DNA of 61,751 bases, counting the filler. It is 4 parts of 4 records of this genome, joined end to end, with 100 filler letters (N's around TTAATTAATTAA, not from the genome) between each part and the next. Parts side by side here need not be neighbours in the genome. Positions count along the whole stretch, not along the records: positions 16,706 to 32,426 come from DRR378314_1314; positions 32,527 to 38,701 come from DRR378314_1320; 2 more parts are not named here. One strand, given 5' to 3'. Position 1 is the first letter of the stretch. Every line of letters begins with the position of its first letter. A program made the translations under genes and the position numbers. Under the pieces are notes generated by a model. It saw only the letters and a program-made list of their open reading frames with translations. It had not been told where the DNA came from and did no database searches. Of this stretch, positions 22,501 to 35,500 are shown piece after piece.

Positions 22501-23156
22501 CGGAGCGCCGCGCCTTTCTCACAACCGAGGCTACATCCTTTGCTCCACTCCGAAACGGAGTAAACGGCGCGGACGCTGGCGAACGCAAGGGAAGAACGCG
22601 CGCTGAAGGCACGCAGCGAGTGCAGCAGTGCGCAGGAGTCGGTACCAACCATATTCATATATCCGCTATTGCTGTGCAACCGATATACAAGAGATCAAGG
22701 AAAGCGGAAAAGACGCGAAAAGAATTCACTGTGTTAACATAGAGCGAAAGGACGACTCGGAGAAGCAACGATGTCAACGGAAGCGCACAGCTTACACGTA
22801 GCGAAACCGCTGACTGCAAGCGAGAGACGCAAGCGGTGGAGCCACAACAGCCCCGTACGGTTTCTCGTTCTCGCGCTTTCCTCCTTTTTCCTCGTGCGTT
22901 AATTGTTGGTCTGTCTATCACCAATTCATGATAGATGAAGAGTGTATCACTAGTTTTGAGAGGAGGATCCCTTGGAGAGCTTCGGAGGGCGCACGTACAC
23001 TGCGACGGTAAGCACGGTGGCCGGTACGCCGAGCGCCTGACCTGCTGTGGCGCGGCGCCGCAGCGGTCGCGCCTCGACGCAACAGCGAACCCACCGCGAC
23101 ACGTTCGCTGCGTTGCTCACTGCTACGGAACCTCGTCTTGCTCCTTCTACCCGCAG

Positions 23157-26100
23157 TTTACGCGCTTCTATCTATACGACAGTTTTACTGCCCTGCAGGT
23201 TCAGTTTGAAAAGGTGCGCGCTACTATCTGTGAAGCCAGGGTTCTTCTGCGCTGGTGTCGTGGGTCACGGCGGCGAAAACCGAGAGGACTGGGATGCGCT
23301 GCGCGCAGCCGGGTGCTTGCAAAGGCTGCGGTGCGGCGCGTGTGCTCCGGGTAGTGTCGGACCCACACGTGTCTGCGTCAGCCGCACTCGATTACGAGGC
23401 GCATTATGGAGAGCAAAGTTTGTGTACGTGAAGAGGTACAGGGGTATTATTGCAAAGCGCTTTGCAGCGCGGTCTCAGGAATACGTGAGGATTCCGCGGT
23501 TTCTCTGCACGCGCGTTCTCACTGTCGGGACGCTGTTCGCGCGGTCTGTGTAGGAATTTGGCGTCGGAAGCGTTGGCTACAATATGGTACGCGGTCTGCG
23601 GTGCAGTTGCTGTCCCTCTGGCTCCGTTGATGTGGGCCGAAATGTTGCTTTATTTTCTTTGTTGCATACTCTGCGAACACCCTATCGGTGAGGGAGATGA
23701 AAGGAAGCTCCTTGCTCCGACGTGCGGCCACTCGCTGTGCTGGCGCGGTTCGCCGGACGCGCGCGCACAAGCTTCTGCGGGGCGGGCGCCGGTCGAAGCC
23801 TCAGCTCAGCGCTCGGTAGCGTCGTAGCGCGACGGCAGAGCAAGCAACACAGCGCCAGCACAACGGGGGAACGCTTACGCAACCCTAGAACGACCCAAGG
23901 AAGGGAAGTAGACTCTCAACCCTACTTGCCACTCCACGCCCCGCGAGAACCGCCGCGAATCCACTCCATACCTCTGACACGCGAGCCCGCGCGCCAGCGA
24001 GCCTGCGATGTGAAAGGTGGCGTATTCTCCACTATGCTAGGAGGCGAGTGAAAGAGCGGCACATGATGCATACGTGTACGCAAGAGAGAGCAAGTGCGTG
24101 ACTGAAGCAGAAACTGCGCCCCTTGGAGTTGCGCGCTGGGCGGCACGGCCCCAGGTTCTCAGTTCCTCTTCCACTTGCATTGTGTTGTGTGGTTGTTGTG
24201 GCTCCTCTCTATTCATGCGCACGAATGCGTGCTCCGTTCAGCTGTTTACTGTCTACAACGGACCCAACGTAATAGCGCCAGTCATTGGTGGCTTGCTTGC
24301 GGACCGCCTGGGCCTGCGGACGGCCATATCGACGTATGCTGGGGCGCTGGTGTGCACATCCACGATTATTCTGGCAGGCGCTCTCACGGACTCGTACGCG
24401 ACTGTACTGGTTGGCCGCTTCCTGTCCGGTACGAAGGCGGAAGGATAGCAGAGGAGAGCAGAGTGGATGTCAAATGCATTGTCTCCGTGTCTGCGGAAAG
24501 GAGCTCATGCTCCTCCTTCCTACAAGTAGACCAGTTCGGGTGCTGGTGACTGTACGTTGTGAAATCTTTTCGGAGTGCCCCCGTGTGCTTGGTTGACCTT
24601 TGCGCTCGTCCTGTGTTGGTTGACGCTAACTGACATGGTCTTGTAGGACCGTTTGGGGAGTCGCTCGGTGGTATTCAAGGAGCTCTTATGGCCAAGTGGT
24701 TCGGTATGGATGAGTTCGCCATGGCGACGGCGATCTCAACTGCTGTGGCTCGCTACGGAACGTTTACAACGTTGAACCTGCAAGTACGTAAAGAACGAGC
24801 GATGGAGCGCTTCAGGCGTCTTCGTGTTACGTATACGGGGCCAATCGCTACGGCATTTAGGTTTCCTTTCGCGACAACGTTGTCTTCTACCTCTTTGTTT
24901 GGGTCGCGGGCGGCCGTTGCTGCCGACAGGCTCGTCTCGTTCGTCTCGCAAGCTCGGTCTTGCAGCGTATCAGCGAAAAAGACTGATGCCTCTGACAAAC
25001 GGAGAGCATGTGTACTTCCTTCCAAGCGAAGAAGGACAAATGATGCATTTGGACGGCAGCTCTGATGTTGTTATACGTATGCGACCGTTGCACCGCTGCG
25101 TGGACGATCGTACACCACGCTGTGCAGCCGTACGTGTATCACCGTGAAGGAGACAGTCTTGGGGCTACAGCTATGGTGGCGACAGCGATGGTGTTCCTTG
25201 GATTTCTTGCCGCGTGTGGCGCCATGTACATTGATTGGAAGACGGACCAGATGCACAACGACTCGCCGGAGGAAATCAAGCAATATGTACGACGATGGCG
25301 TATCGCTGGCTGCACGGGCGGGTGGTGTTGGGATTGTCCTTCTTCTGCTGGCTACCGTGGGTCATGTGCTGATAGTCTACGCGGAGAGCAGATCGCGCGT
25401 CTGCGCTCCGTCGTTGCGCTCATGCGGGAAATGGAACTCACTCGTTGCGTGTGTCGGTGCTGCGGATCGGGGACGGCGACGCGCGTGTGCAGGGCGGATT
25501 CGAGGTGCTGCACGGAATGGATTGGCGCGAGGAGGTCCAGGGTCTCAAGCGTCTCCCTCGCCTGGCGTGGCTTGTGGCAGTGTAGTACGTTTCTCCACCA
25601 GCACTGCTCCGGAGGGGCGAGTCACACAGAGAATAGCAATGCTCTGCATCCGGTCTTGTGTATTCTTGTGCGTGGTTTTACGTGGGAGTGGAGTACATGT
25701 TGCGTAGGCGGTAGACCGGGAGAGCGTGTGGGACCGACGGTGATTGCTCCACTGACATCCCGTCCCACACTGCGGCAAGCCGTGCGGTGCGTGTGGCTGT
25801 GTCTCACATGTTACCTCACACAGTGAGAGATGCTTGCGTAAGCTAAAAGTGGTGCGCAGTCGAGGGAACACATTCGTTTATGATACGCGCGCGGCAGTGC
25901 TGATGGCGGCGCATGCTGTTGACCACCCGTATGTGTGCGTGATGCGAATTGCAGCCAACTCTTCTTTATGCTGGGACTGATGGCGTTCATGTACAACCTG
26001 AACGAGTTCTTCATGGAGCGATACCATCTATCGCATACGTATGCGTCCTTTGTGCAAAGTATTATATTTCTGGTATCAGCGACGATGCTCATTCCACTAG

Positions 26101-28522
26101 GTTTCCTTATCGACAGGATTGGACAGCGGGTGACGATGATGGCGATTGCTCCTGTGATGTTGATGATCGTGCTCCTGTTGATGGCAGTCGCGAAGCCGAA
26201 TCCAGAGGCCTCGATGGCAGTTACGGGACTCTCGTACGTTGTAATCGTGTACACGGAGTTGAGAAACGGTTATTGCACTGCGCTTGTGCTTGGCGGTTGT
26301 AGATTGGGTCCGAGGAGGCGCTGTCTTCGGCCAAGAGGAAGCTGAGCTTGCGCGCAGCTATCCAATGTGAGAAGTTCTGCGCGATCCTAGAGCGCTGCCT
26401 TATTCTGTGAAGCAACTATTCGCTGATGGTGACGGATGTGTCTCATATTCGTGCGCTTGAGTGCACGGTGTGCGGAGTGGGTGGACGGAGGTCGAACGTG
26501 CTCTGTGTCGCGATAGTGCTTGTGCATTCACATTGAGCTGATCACAGATGAACTCGAAAATACCATCCTCCTCTTCCATGTAGAATTGTATGTAGATAGG
26601 AGACGATACGTGGGACATTCGCGTGATGGTGATAGTCTTTGGTGTCTCAGGCGTGCGTTCAAGTTCGTGTAGTTGCGCACTGTGTTTCGCAAGAATCGGT
26701 TGGCGCATACTTTCTTGTGGATCGCCGTTCTGTGGCTGTGAATGAAGTAACCCAAATCTGTTTTATCGTGTAACGTTTGCAATAGCCGTATACTCGTAGC
26801 GGTGCTGTTGCGAGCCGTGCATCGTTCGTGTGTCCCTTTTGAGAGAAGAGTATGCGTGAGAGGAGGAAATCCGTTCCTCTGCGTTTGGCGACGTGTTCCT
26901 ATCTCCACTGTAGCAACCGGGCCGTAGGAGTCGCTCTGCTATACTACGCAGCTCCACGTAGCTCAGCAGGCGAGCGATTTCAGGTTCCGGGCGATTCGCG
27001 GTCGCATCGACTTCAATGCACTGGCGCGTGTGCGTGTAGGCGAAGAGCGGTCAACGGACCCACCCATTCCTACTCATGTCGGACCCTTTGCCCCCGTACC
27101 CGCTGCCACCGTATGCACTGCGACTGGGTGCCTGTTTTCCTCCAGGTTTGCGATATTTAAAGCGGCGTCGTGGCCGAGTGCGATGATCCCGGTCCACGAG
27201 TCGCAGTGGGGCGTTGCGAGCGGACTGGGACTGGCAGCCATCAGCTTGTCCAGTATCTTCGGTCCGCTTATTGTCGGGTACCTTCGCGCCGGCACAGGGA
27301 ACTACGATACAGGGAATCTCGTTCTCGCGTGCAGTTCCGGTACGCTGCGGTCCGTGCGCGAGGTGTCACGGGAAGCGGAGGAGGGTGGAGGAGGTCGCGG
27401 GCGTGCAGACCGCGTACCCGGCGCAGCGGGAGCGAGTGCGTGTGTGGCTGCACACACGAAAGGGGCAGGGCAAGAGTCCGTGTCCTCACTCCAGTCACTT
27501 GCACATCGAATCCGCGCCATACACTGGGGTGTGCGACATGTCGTCGGTGCTGAGCTCTGGTAGGTGTTGCTGCGTTCGAATGTTTTCTTGTTCGTGCGCG
27601 TCGAAGCGTTGCAGTCATGGCAGTGCCCTTGAACGCACGTGCGCGTTTGTTGCTGCGAACTCGTGGAGCGCTCGCGTGAGCGTACTCTGGCGATGGTAGT
27701 CACTTCTCGAGCTGATCTACGTGAGCTGTATTTGCTCTTGCGCATGGTTGCAGCGATCGCGCTTTTGATTGCGATGGCAATGTTTGTCGAAGATGCGAAG
27801 CGAGATCACATCCTACAGAGACGGCACGAAAAGCAGCAGTACAAGTACGTTCGGGAGCAATGCTGCGCCTTCCAACACTGCAGCAAAGGAAGCACGCTGG
27901 TGATGAGAGATTGCACGTGCGTATACAAGTATATTTCGGTGCGAAAGTGAGCGAGGGTTCCTTTTGCGTTCACCTCCTTCCTTTGGGCGTCCACAGATGC
28001 CGCTGTGTTCCGCTGTGGCACGTTCACAGAGACACTGCAGCTCATAGCACGGATACCGCTCAGGTGTGGTCTATCCAGGATCGCAGCGTAAGGCCAAGGT
28101 ATTGCGATACGGTAGTGTCCCCTCGTACCTCCCTGTGCGATGGAGTATACCTCTGATACTCGTCATAGCAGTAGTCTCCAGCGGCCATACGGGAGAGACA
28201 AGCAGCGGCACGTTTGTGTGGTGTAGGTCGCGTACGCGAGCTCCTCCGTGCTCCGCAGTGCAGCGCCACGTCCCATCGTCTCCGTTCCCAGGGTGTGCGC
28301 TTGTGTGCACAACGTCTGATGGCGCGCGCTGGCGTACTTTTATTCACTCGTACGCGCTGTCTACGTGTGTACGCTCGCACGGCGCTGTGCGTAATTCGCG
28401 CAATGGTGCAACTAATCGGGTGGCTGGGCTGTGCGCTGGACTGGGCTTCCTACGTCGCTCTCGCTTTTGTGCGCGTCAGGGACGAGGATTCGCGAAAGGA
28501 GGCGGAGCCGCTGCTGTCGTAG
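23157..28522 (+). CDS. MFSD1-like lysosomal MFS transporter, multi-exon (first exon not located)
   Basis: Exons splice in frame: 23157-23212 FTRFYLYDSFTALQ; 23554-23586; 24242-24428 YNGPNV..GGLLADRLG..GRF; 24647-24783 GES...KWF...VARYG; ~25128-25287; ~25493-25583; ~25954-26233 GFLIDRIG; ~27146-27339; ~27753-27844; 28480-28522 ending EAEPLLS*. Confidence 0.85.
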
Positions 28523-29975
28523 GGAAGGGAGGGGGAGATGGAAGGTGGCAACGTACGTGGGGAATTAGAGCGCGCAGCGCGCGCACGTCCGCACACGATG
28601 TAATGGCTATGGACCGGTGATACGGGTGTAATACAGACATGTGGGAGTACAGCGATAAGAGTAGCGCTGCACTCGCCCTGGAGGTAAGCTGGTGCATTGA
28701 ATTCCCTTCCCCCGGCATATGGAGGACGTACTCGCACCTTGTTGGAGAGGCGAGTCGTAGAGTGCGCAGCACAGTTCATCAGACGAACCGTTGTTTGTTC
28801 GCGAAAAGTAGTAGGGAAGCGGACGGAGGAACGTATTATGGAAGGGCTGTCTCCGGCACAACGAGAGGGCAGTTTGACAGCTGAACGCAGTAGCGCAAGT
28901 ACCGTGCCTCTGGACTGGAACTACATCTCCCGTACACTGTTCTCCTCGTACACTAGCAGTGCCTATGGAAGTGTGCCGCGCTATACTAGTGAATCGAGTG
29001 CGTACTTCCGTGCCCGGGGCGAAGAGGCGAGGAGAGAGCTACGCAGATCGTGGCGCCTTCCAGACCTCTGCACCGCTGCTCCCTCGCGCTGCACAGTGGC
29101 TCTGGACCACCGCAGCGCCGTCGCGCTGCATCCTCGTACTCCACCGCTGTTGCGACACCACCAAGGACCTTCTGTGCTCTTTCTCTTGAGAAAAATCCAA
29201 CGGAGTTAGAACTTGATGCAATGCAGCGCGCGCAGAGGAGGGAAGGTCTCTCGCGTAGCGGAGGACGGTGCCAGCACCTTTGTCCAGTGCGTATAATATC
29301 ACACCGCAAATTTACCTCCTAGTATAACGTTTTTTTCTATCGATTATCTCTACGTTCCCCGCACCTTCTCCTGTATTGCTTGAACTTGCCGTTGCGTCAC
29401 GCGCGCTCCCGCGCTGCGCCGCGGCTCTGCGACGGTTATATTCGCTTGCGCACGCCCCCACTCGGTACGCTATGAACGAAAGCTGGCCCCCTTCTGACCA
29501 CTGCTACTATGTGCTCGTTGTAGGGCGCGCGATACCGTGTGAAGGGTCACCCTCGGTGCACGTGCCGCTCGCTGCCGTTTGTCGCCGTGTGCGCGGACCA
29601 GAAGCCTCCGCGCCCGCTACGCGCTGGAGAAACGGCTGCTGGCGCGGCGTCGCTCCACTATGTCCGCCCCGCTCGCAACCGCGCGCATACTTTACGCTGC
29701 CACTGCGCTGCATGCACACAGCGTAATTCGCATCATTGGTTCATGTTGGGGTGGTGCTGCAGCAGCAGCTGCGCACTGCCACGCTCATGTGCGCGCTCTG
29801 TGTCTCCCCCCTCCCTCCACGCCCTCGCTGCCACACGGGCCTCAGCGGTCCGCGCTTGCGCAGGCACTGCTCCCACGCACGATCTGCGTACAAGGGTGAA
29901 GGATCGCAGCTTATACTCTGGTCTTGCGTGTGCGTGCTTCGTGCAGGGCGGCATCTGACGCGGGTGAACTTCGCC

Positions 29976-32295
29976 ATGTGTTTCCGGTGCTGCCTGGCGC
30001 GCGGACCGAGCGCGGAAGAGCGCGCTCAAGTCGCCGAGTTCGCCGAAGCGCTCAGCGCCAACGGCGAAAAAAGGTTTATACCGGTTCATGTGAAAGGTAA
30101 CACTCTGTGCGGTGGCGCATACCGGCGAGCTGCTCCTGTGGTTCCGATCAGCGGGGACGACCGCGCGCTGGGACTGAACATGGACAGCGAGATGGTGCGG
30201 CGCGCGGCCCGCGAGCACCGCCTGGGAAACGCGCTCGTCGTAGCGGTATTCGCCCCGCTGTTTCTCGAGATTGCGACATGGCCCGTATACCTTCCTTACG
30301 CACAACTTGGTGGCGGTGGCGATCACGGCTCGTTAGTAAATTCCGGTCCGCATAACGATCTTCTCAACTCTACGGCAGTTCTCATGGCTGCCGGAGCTGC
30401 GGTGGCGTTCTCCTCGGTGGTCCTCCCCCGCGCGACCGCTGGGCGGTTCCGCGCCATGGAACGCGCGCTGGCGTGCGAACTCGACACCGTGGCGCGACCG
30501 GTACCGGTGGGCGATGTGGCCGCAGGAGCACAGATTCCCATGGCAACCGTCGTAACCGGTCGTGAACCAGCACAGCCCGAGGAGATCCGCTCGCTTGCGA
30601 ACGCGTTGGTGTCGTACTCGCCGCAGTTCTACAGGTACGGAGGAGAGAGTGCGCGCGACAGAGGAAGTGCGCCGCCTTTCCGCATCTACAAAGTGCGGAG
30701 AAACCCCGACAAATGCACCATGGTCAACGCACTCGATCACTATAAGCACCACAAGTTATTGCACAGCGAGGAATGCTCGAGGAGTGGGCGGCATGAAACC
30801 ACGGAAGGACCTTGCATCCGCCTCGTTCACGCCGTGCTGGGTGTCGCCCGGAGAGCGAGAACGCGAGAGAAGCAGTCCCGAGGGACCGCAGTGCGCGACG
30901 CGGAATCACTCCGCACTCTTTTGTACCGCCGCAGAGAGCGCCATTGGTCTGCAGTCCCGTACGTCACTTCGCTACTATTTCCCCACTCGCCCTCGTTGTT
31001 GCGCACGTTGCTGGTCGCTCGGTCCGCGGCTCTCACTGTCCGCCTCCGCCGCTGCGCGTCTGCCTCCTTGTCTGTGCAGCTTCGTGGCGGGGAAAGGCGT
31101 TCCCTTGCCGGAAGACAACTTTCTCTTCGCCCTGTCGCTGTATTTCCGCACGCCCGTCATCGATCGAACGGGTGTACTCACCGATCCGCACGTGCGTGTG
31201 AAAGTGCTCGATCCGCTGGACGATGCGTTGCTATGCGGACGCGGAACCGACGACCTCGCCACCATCATCCGCCGCCGCGCCGGAGAGCTCCTCGAGCGCG
31301 CCAAACGCGAACGGCGCGACATTCACGTGCTGTGGTCCGGTGGCATTGACTCCACGGCAGTGCTGTGCGCGTTCTTTGAACGGGGATCGTGCGGCGTACA
31401 CATTCGTATTCGCTACCACAAACGCGCGATCCCCGAGTACCCGGCATTCTTCAAGAAATTCCGCAAGCTCGCGCCGACGATGGGGCACGCGTTTGAAGAG
31501 ATCGTGCCGACGCCGGAGAAGCCGGAGATCGCCGATTTCATCGACCCGGAAGCGATAACGGTCACTGGGGAATGCGGTGACCAGCTATTCGGATCGATCC
31601 TGATGCAACACAGCTTTACGAGCAAACGATTCCTCAACGAAAAGGGCTATTTCTACGGCAGCGAAACACTCGCTTCACCGTGGGAAGAGCCTTTTTGTCG
31701 CGCCATGGTGAACCGCGGGCTGATTCGCGCGGAGCAGCAGGGCGCGCTACTGCAATGGCTCCGTCCGCAACTCGCAAAATCACCGATCCGCATCAACTCC
31801 ATGTACGATTTCCTGTGGTGGATGAACTTCTCCCTCAAATGGCAGCACGTGACCACACGGATCTTGAACCGCTTTGAGAAACTCTCCCCGGATATGGTGA
31901 GCCGTATGGAGCATTTCTACCGCACGCGACCGTTTCAGGAGTGGGCGCTGAGCCGATCGAACCACACCGAGCTGAAGTTCCCGCTCACCACACCGCGTAA
32001 TGCAGCGAAAGCGCGAGTACACGTGTGGAAGAACTACAAATTCGCTCTGAAACAGTTCATCTTTCTCTATACAAACGATGCATCGTACTTTGTAAAGAAG
32101 ACAAAAGTGGGCTCGTTGCGCCATTCACCGTCGCGGAACTTTGCGATTGATGCGAACTGGAATGTGATATCGTTTGGCGGTTACTCGATTGATCGTCGAT
32201 CGATGGAATCCAAGTACGGGAATGCGCTGCAGCGGTTCCTCACGATCAGGGACGTGGATAATGATGACTCGATTCCGACGGCAGCTCCTGTGTAA
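29976..32295 (+). CDS. Membrane-anchored asparagine-synthetase-like PP-loop ATP pyrophosphatase (exons 29976-30634 and 31080-32295; further 5' exons possible)
   Basis: In-frame GT-AG intron 30635-31079. Motifs IDRTG, LWSGGIDST, TGECGDQLFGS, DFLWWMNFSLKWQ, FQEWA, YK..LK...D..Y..K.K..SL. Two hydrophobic segments in exon 1. Confidence 0.75.
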
Positions 32296-32396
32296 TACGC
32301 ACAGTGCTCGCTCTGGTTGGAGTGGACGAGAGGTTGGGTTTTTGGACGGGAAATGCCGGGAAATGGTCCACAGTACAACGAACGCAGGCGAGTCGG

Positions 32397-32426
32397 GAGA
32401 GAGAGAGAGAGAGAGTGTGTGTGTGT
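32397..32426 (+). repeat. (GA)n(GT)n microsatellite at the contig end
   Basis: Seen directly; likely cause of the assembly break. Confidence 0.9.
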
Positions 32427-32526
32427 NNNNNNNNNNNNNNNNNNNNNNNNNNNNNNNNNNNNNNNNNNNNTTAATTAATTAANNNNNNNNNNNNNNNNNN
32501 NNNNNNNNNNNNNNNNNNNNNNNNNN
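32427..32526. other. Artificial contig linker
   Basis: N44-TTAATTAATTAA-N44. Confidence 0.98.
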
Positions 32527-35500
32527 CCGCTGCCGCTGCAGACGGTGACGGTGGTCAATCCTGATGCGGAGAGCGCCGAGTGCCTGGGAGTTGCCACCGT
32601 ACAAGGTATCAGCGTGGCGCAGGACGCGACACTGGGAGGAAAATGGTCGGTAGGACTCGAGCGCGCGGAGCTGAACGTGTGCGGGCACACGGTGCGGTCG
32701 CTGCGCAATGTCGCGCAGGCCGGCGCGCTCGCCGCGTCGTCGATGCAGCGCGCGAGGGCGATGCGCGCGGGCGGTGCTGGCGAGGGCGCGCCCGGTGAGC
32801 CCGCCGTCGCCGCGTTCCAGGCGGGGTACATCGATGTGGCGCTGCGGCAGGATAGCGGCGGTGAGCTGCTGCGCGTGCAGGCCGGGAAGGTGGGCGTGGA
32901 CCCGGCGGGCCGCGCGGAGGTGCAGTGCGTGCTCGTCGAGTCGCCGCTGTGCGAGCGCGCGGGTCTCGCGGTGAGCGGCGAGACGCTCGCGACCGTGTGG
33001 AACAGCTGCGACCCCGCTCTCCCGTGTACGAGTACGGTGCTGTTCGCCGCAGGAAGTACTGTGGCGCACCGCGATCCGGTGGCGCGAACCATCAGCGTCA
33101 CGCTGTCGGAGCGCGCGCTGCTCGTGTGGTCGCCCGCCCTGCAGGCCGCGGTCAAGTGCGGCGCGGCGGTGCTGCGCGGTGGCGGCGGCGGCGACGGGGG
33201 CGACAGCGCGCCGGGTGCTGGGACAGCAGCGCCGCCGCCACCGGGCACGCCGCGCACACACACGCCCGAAGAGCCGTATGCAGTGGAAGTACACGCGGAG
33301 ATGCCGTACGTGGCGTTCCCGGGGAGCTGCGCCTGCTCGTTCGTGGTGCGCGGGTTCGACCTGCGGATCGCGTCGCGCACCGGCGCCCTCCGCTGCTCGG
33401 TGACGAATCCGGTACTCGATCTCGGTGCGTTTGTGTCTGTGCGTGCTAGGGGGAACGTGTTCGGCTTCGTGCCGCTTCCCTCGTATCTCCCTTCTCCCTT
33501 CACCCCGCTCCTCCTCCTCGCTTGCGCGCACCGTCGTTGCTGTGTGCTGCTGTACGCGCGCCGCACTCACGCGCTGGTGCTTGTGCGCCTGGTCGCTGCT
33601 GCTGCTTCTGCCGCCGCCGCGCTTCGCTGCAGATACCGGCGGCAGCGCCGAGCAGGTCTGCCAGCTCGGCGACCTCTCGTACGAGCGCACCGCCACCGAG
33701 CACCTCGTGTGCGGGCGCGAGCTAGCGGTCCATGTAGTTCCCGCCGCGTCGGTGCACGCTGCGGTGGTGTCGTCGGCGTGGTCGCGCGCGCGCGAGGCGC
33801 TCGCCGCGGAGTTTCTACCACCGCCCGCGCCGCCCATGCCCGCCCGCGGAGCGCCCTCCAGCCCCACCGCCGCCGAGCGCGTTTGGACCGTCGACGTGCG
33901 CTCTATGCGCGTGCGCGTGGACGCGGGCGCGTCCGGGTGGCTCGTGTGCAGCGCAGAGCGCTTGTCGGCGTCGCGCTCGTTTGCGTCGATTCTCGCAGAG
34001 TCGGTCAGTGTGACGGCTGTTAAGGGCGCGGATATGTCGATGGAAATGATTGCTGTGGACTCGCTCGAGGTGTCGCGCCGGCCCGGTGCCGTGGCGGTCG
34101 CTGTCGGTACGGCGGAGCTGCGGCAGGAGCAAGGACGGTCGATGGGCGCGGTGCTGCGCGACGCGCTCGTGCGGTGGAAGCTGTCGCGCGCGGCGGCGGC
34201 GCGAGCGCGCGCACGCGACACCGCTCCCGGTCCCGGCGAGCCGCTCGCCCCCGCCGCCCTGCGCGGCGAGCCCTCCACGTACGAGCTGCACGTGCAGTGC
34301 GACTGTTTGCGCATTGACCTCGCGGACGATCCCTTTGAGACGTGGCTGGGTATGCAGTACCGGCTCATGCTCGACGAGAGCACAGAGCGCAGTCACCGCT
34401 GGGACCTGCTCGAGGAGCGCCTCGCCGCGCTCGCCATCGACGACGACGAGGCCGCGGAGCTGCGCAATGCGCTCGAAGAGGAGAACTCGCGCTTGTTCTG
34501 TGAACGCGCACGATTCGTACGACGGCGCGCTGTACGGCGTAAGCTCGCCAGTATCACCGTGAAGAGCATTGAAGCGTCACTGCTCCCGCAGCTCGGTTGC
34601 GGTGGCGGTGGCGGTGTGGATTTGTCGTCGTGGGACGCGATCCTCGCGTTTGCGGCGCGTTTCGACTCGGACGCGCACCCGCACGGCCGCGGTACGGACG
34701 CGTACCTCGCGGTGGAGGAACTGTCCGAGTGCTTTGCGCGCATGCTGGACGTGTCGGTGGCGTCGTTGGTGTTCAATGTGCGCGATTACCCGCTGCGGCT
34801 GCTCGAGGTGCAGGACTTGCGCGTGCGCGGTCCGGCGGCGTTTATCGAGCAGCGCGTGCACCGCGACGCGTGCGTGCGCGCGAGTGCGAGCGATCTGCAC
34901 CCGGTATACGCGGAAGCGGCCATCCTGCGTGCGGGTGCGTCCGTGAAAACGTACGGGGACCTGCGCGTCCACGCCGCATCGCTCTCCGTCACGCACGGGA
35001 GCTGCATGGACCCGATCATTGCGCTGGTGGCGGAGGCGCTGGGGAACGTGTCGTTTCCGTCGCTGTCGCGCGCGGCGCCGCTGCCGTGGTGGGACAAGAT
35101 GCGGATGCTCGTGCACGGTGCGGTGGCGCTCGAAGTGGACTCGCTGTGCGTGCGCGAGATCGCGTCGCTGGACCCGTACGAAACCACAGACTACTTCAAA
35201 GTCTTGCTGACAAACGCAGTGCTCGTATCCACGAGTGGGAACATGGACCTGCGCGCCGCGGAGCTCGCCGTGTCCGACGGCAACGCGATGCCGGGCGATG
35301 AGCCGCTCGTGCGCGCGGTGGACGTGCGCGCGGCGCTGTCGATTACGTGGCAGTTTCCGCTCGCCTCCGCAGACGCGTCGCGTAGCTGCCCGCACTATGT
35401 GCATCCCTTCCCGTCGGCGGACGCAGCGGAAGTCGCGCGCAGCATGGGGGACGCGTCGGCGGCGCACGTGGACTGGTTCCGCGGCTTCCGCTCGTCGGGG

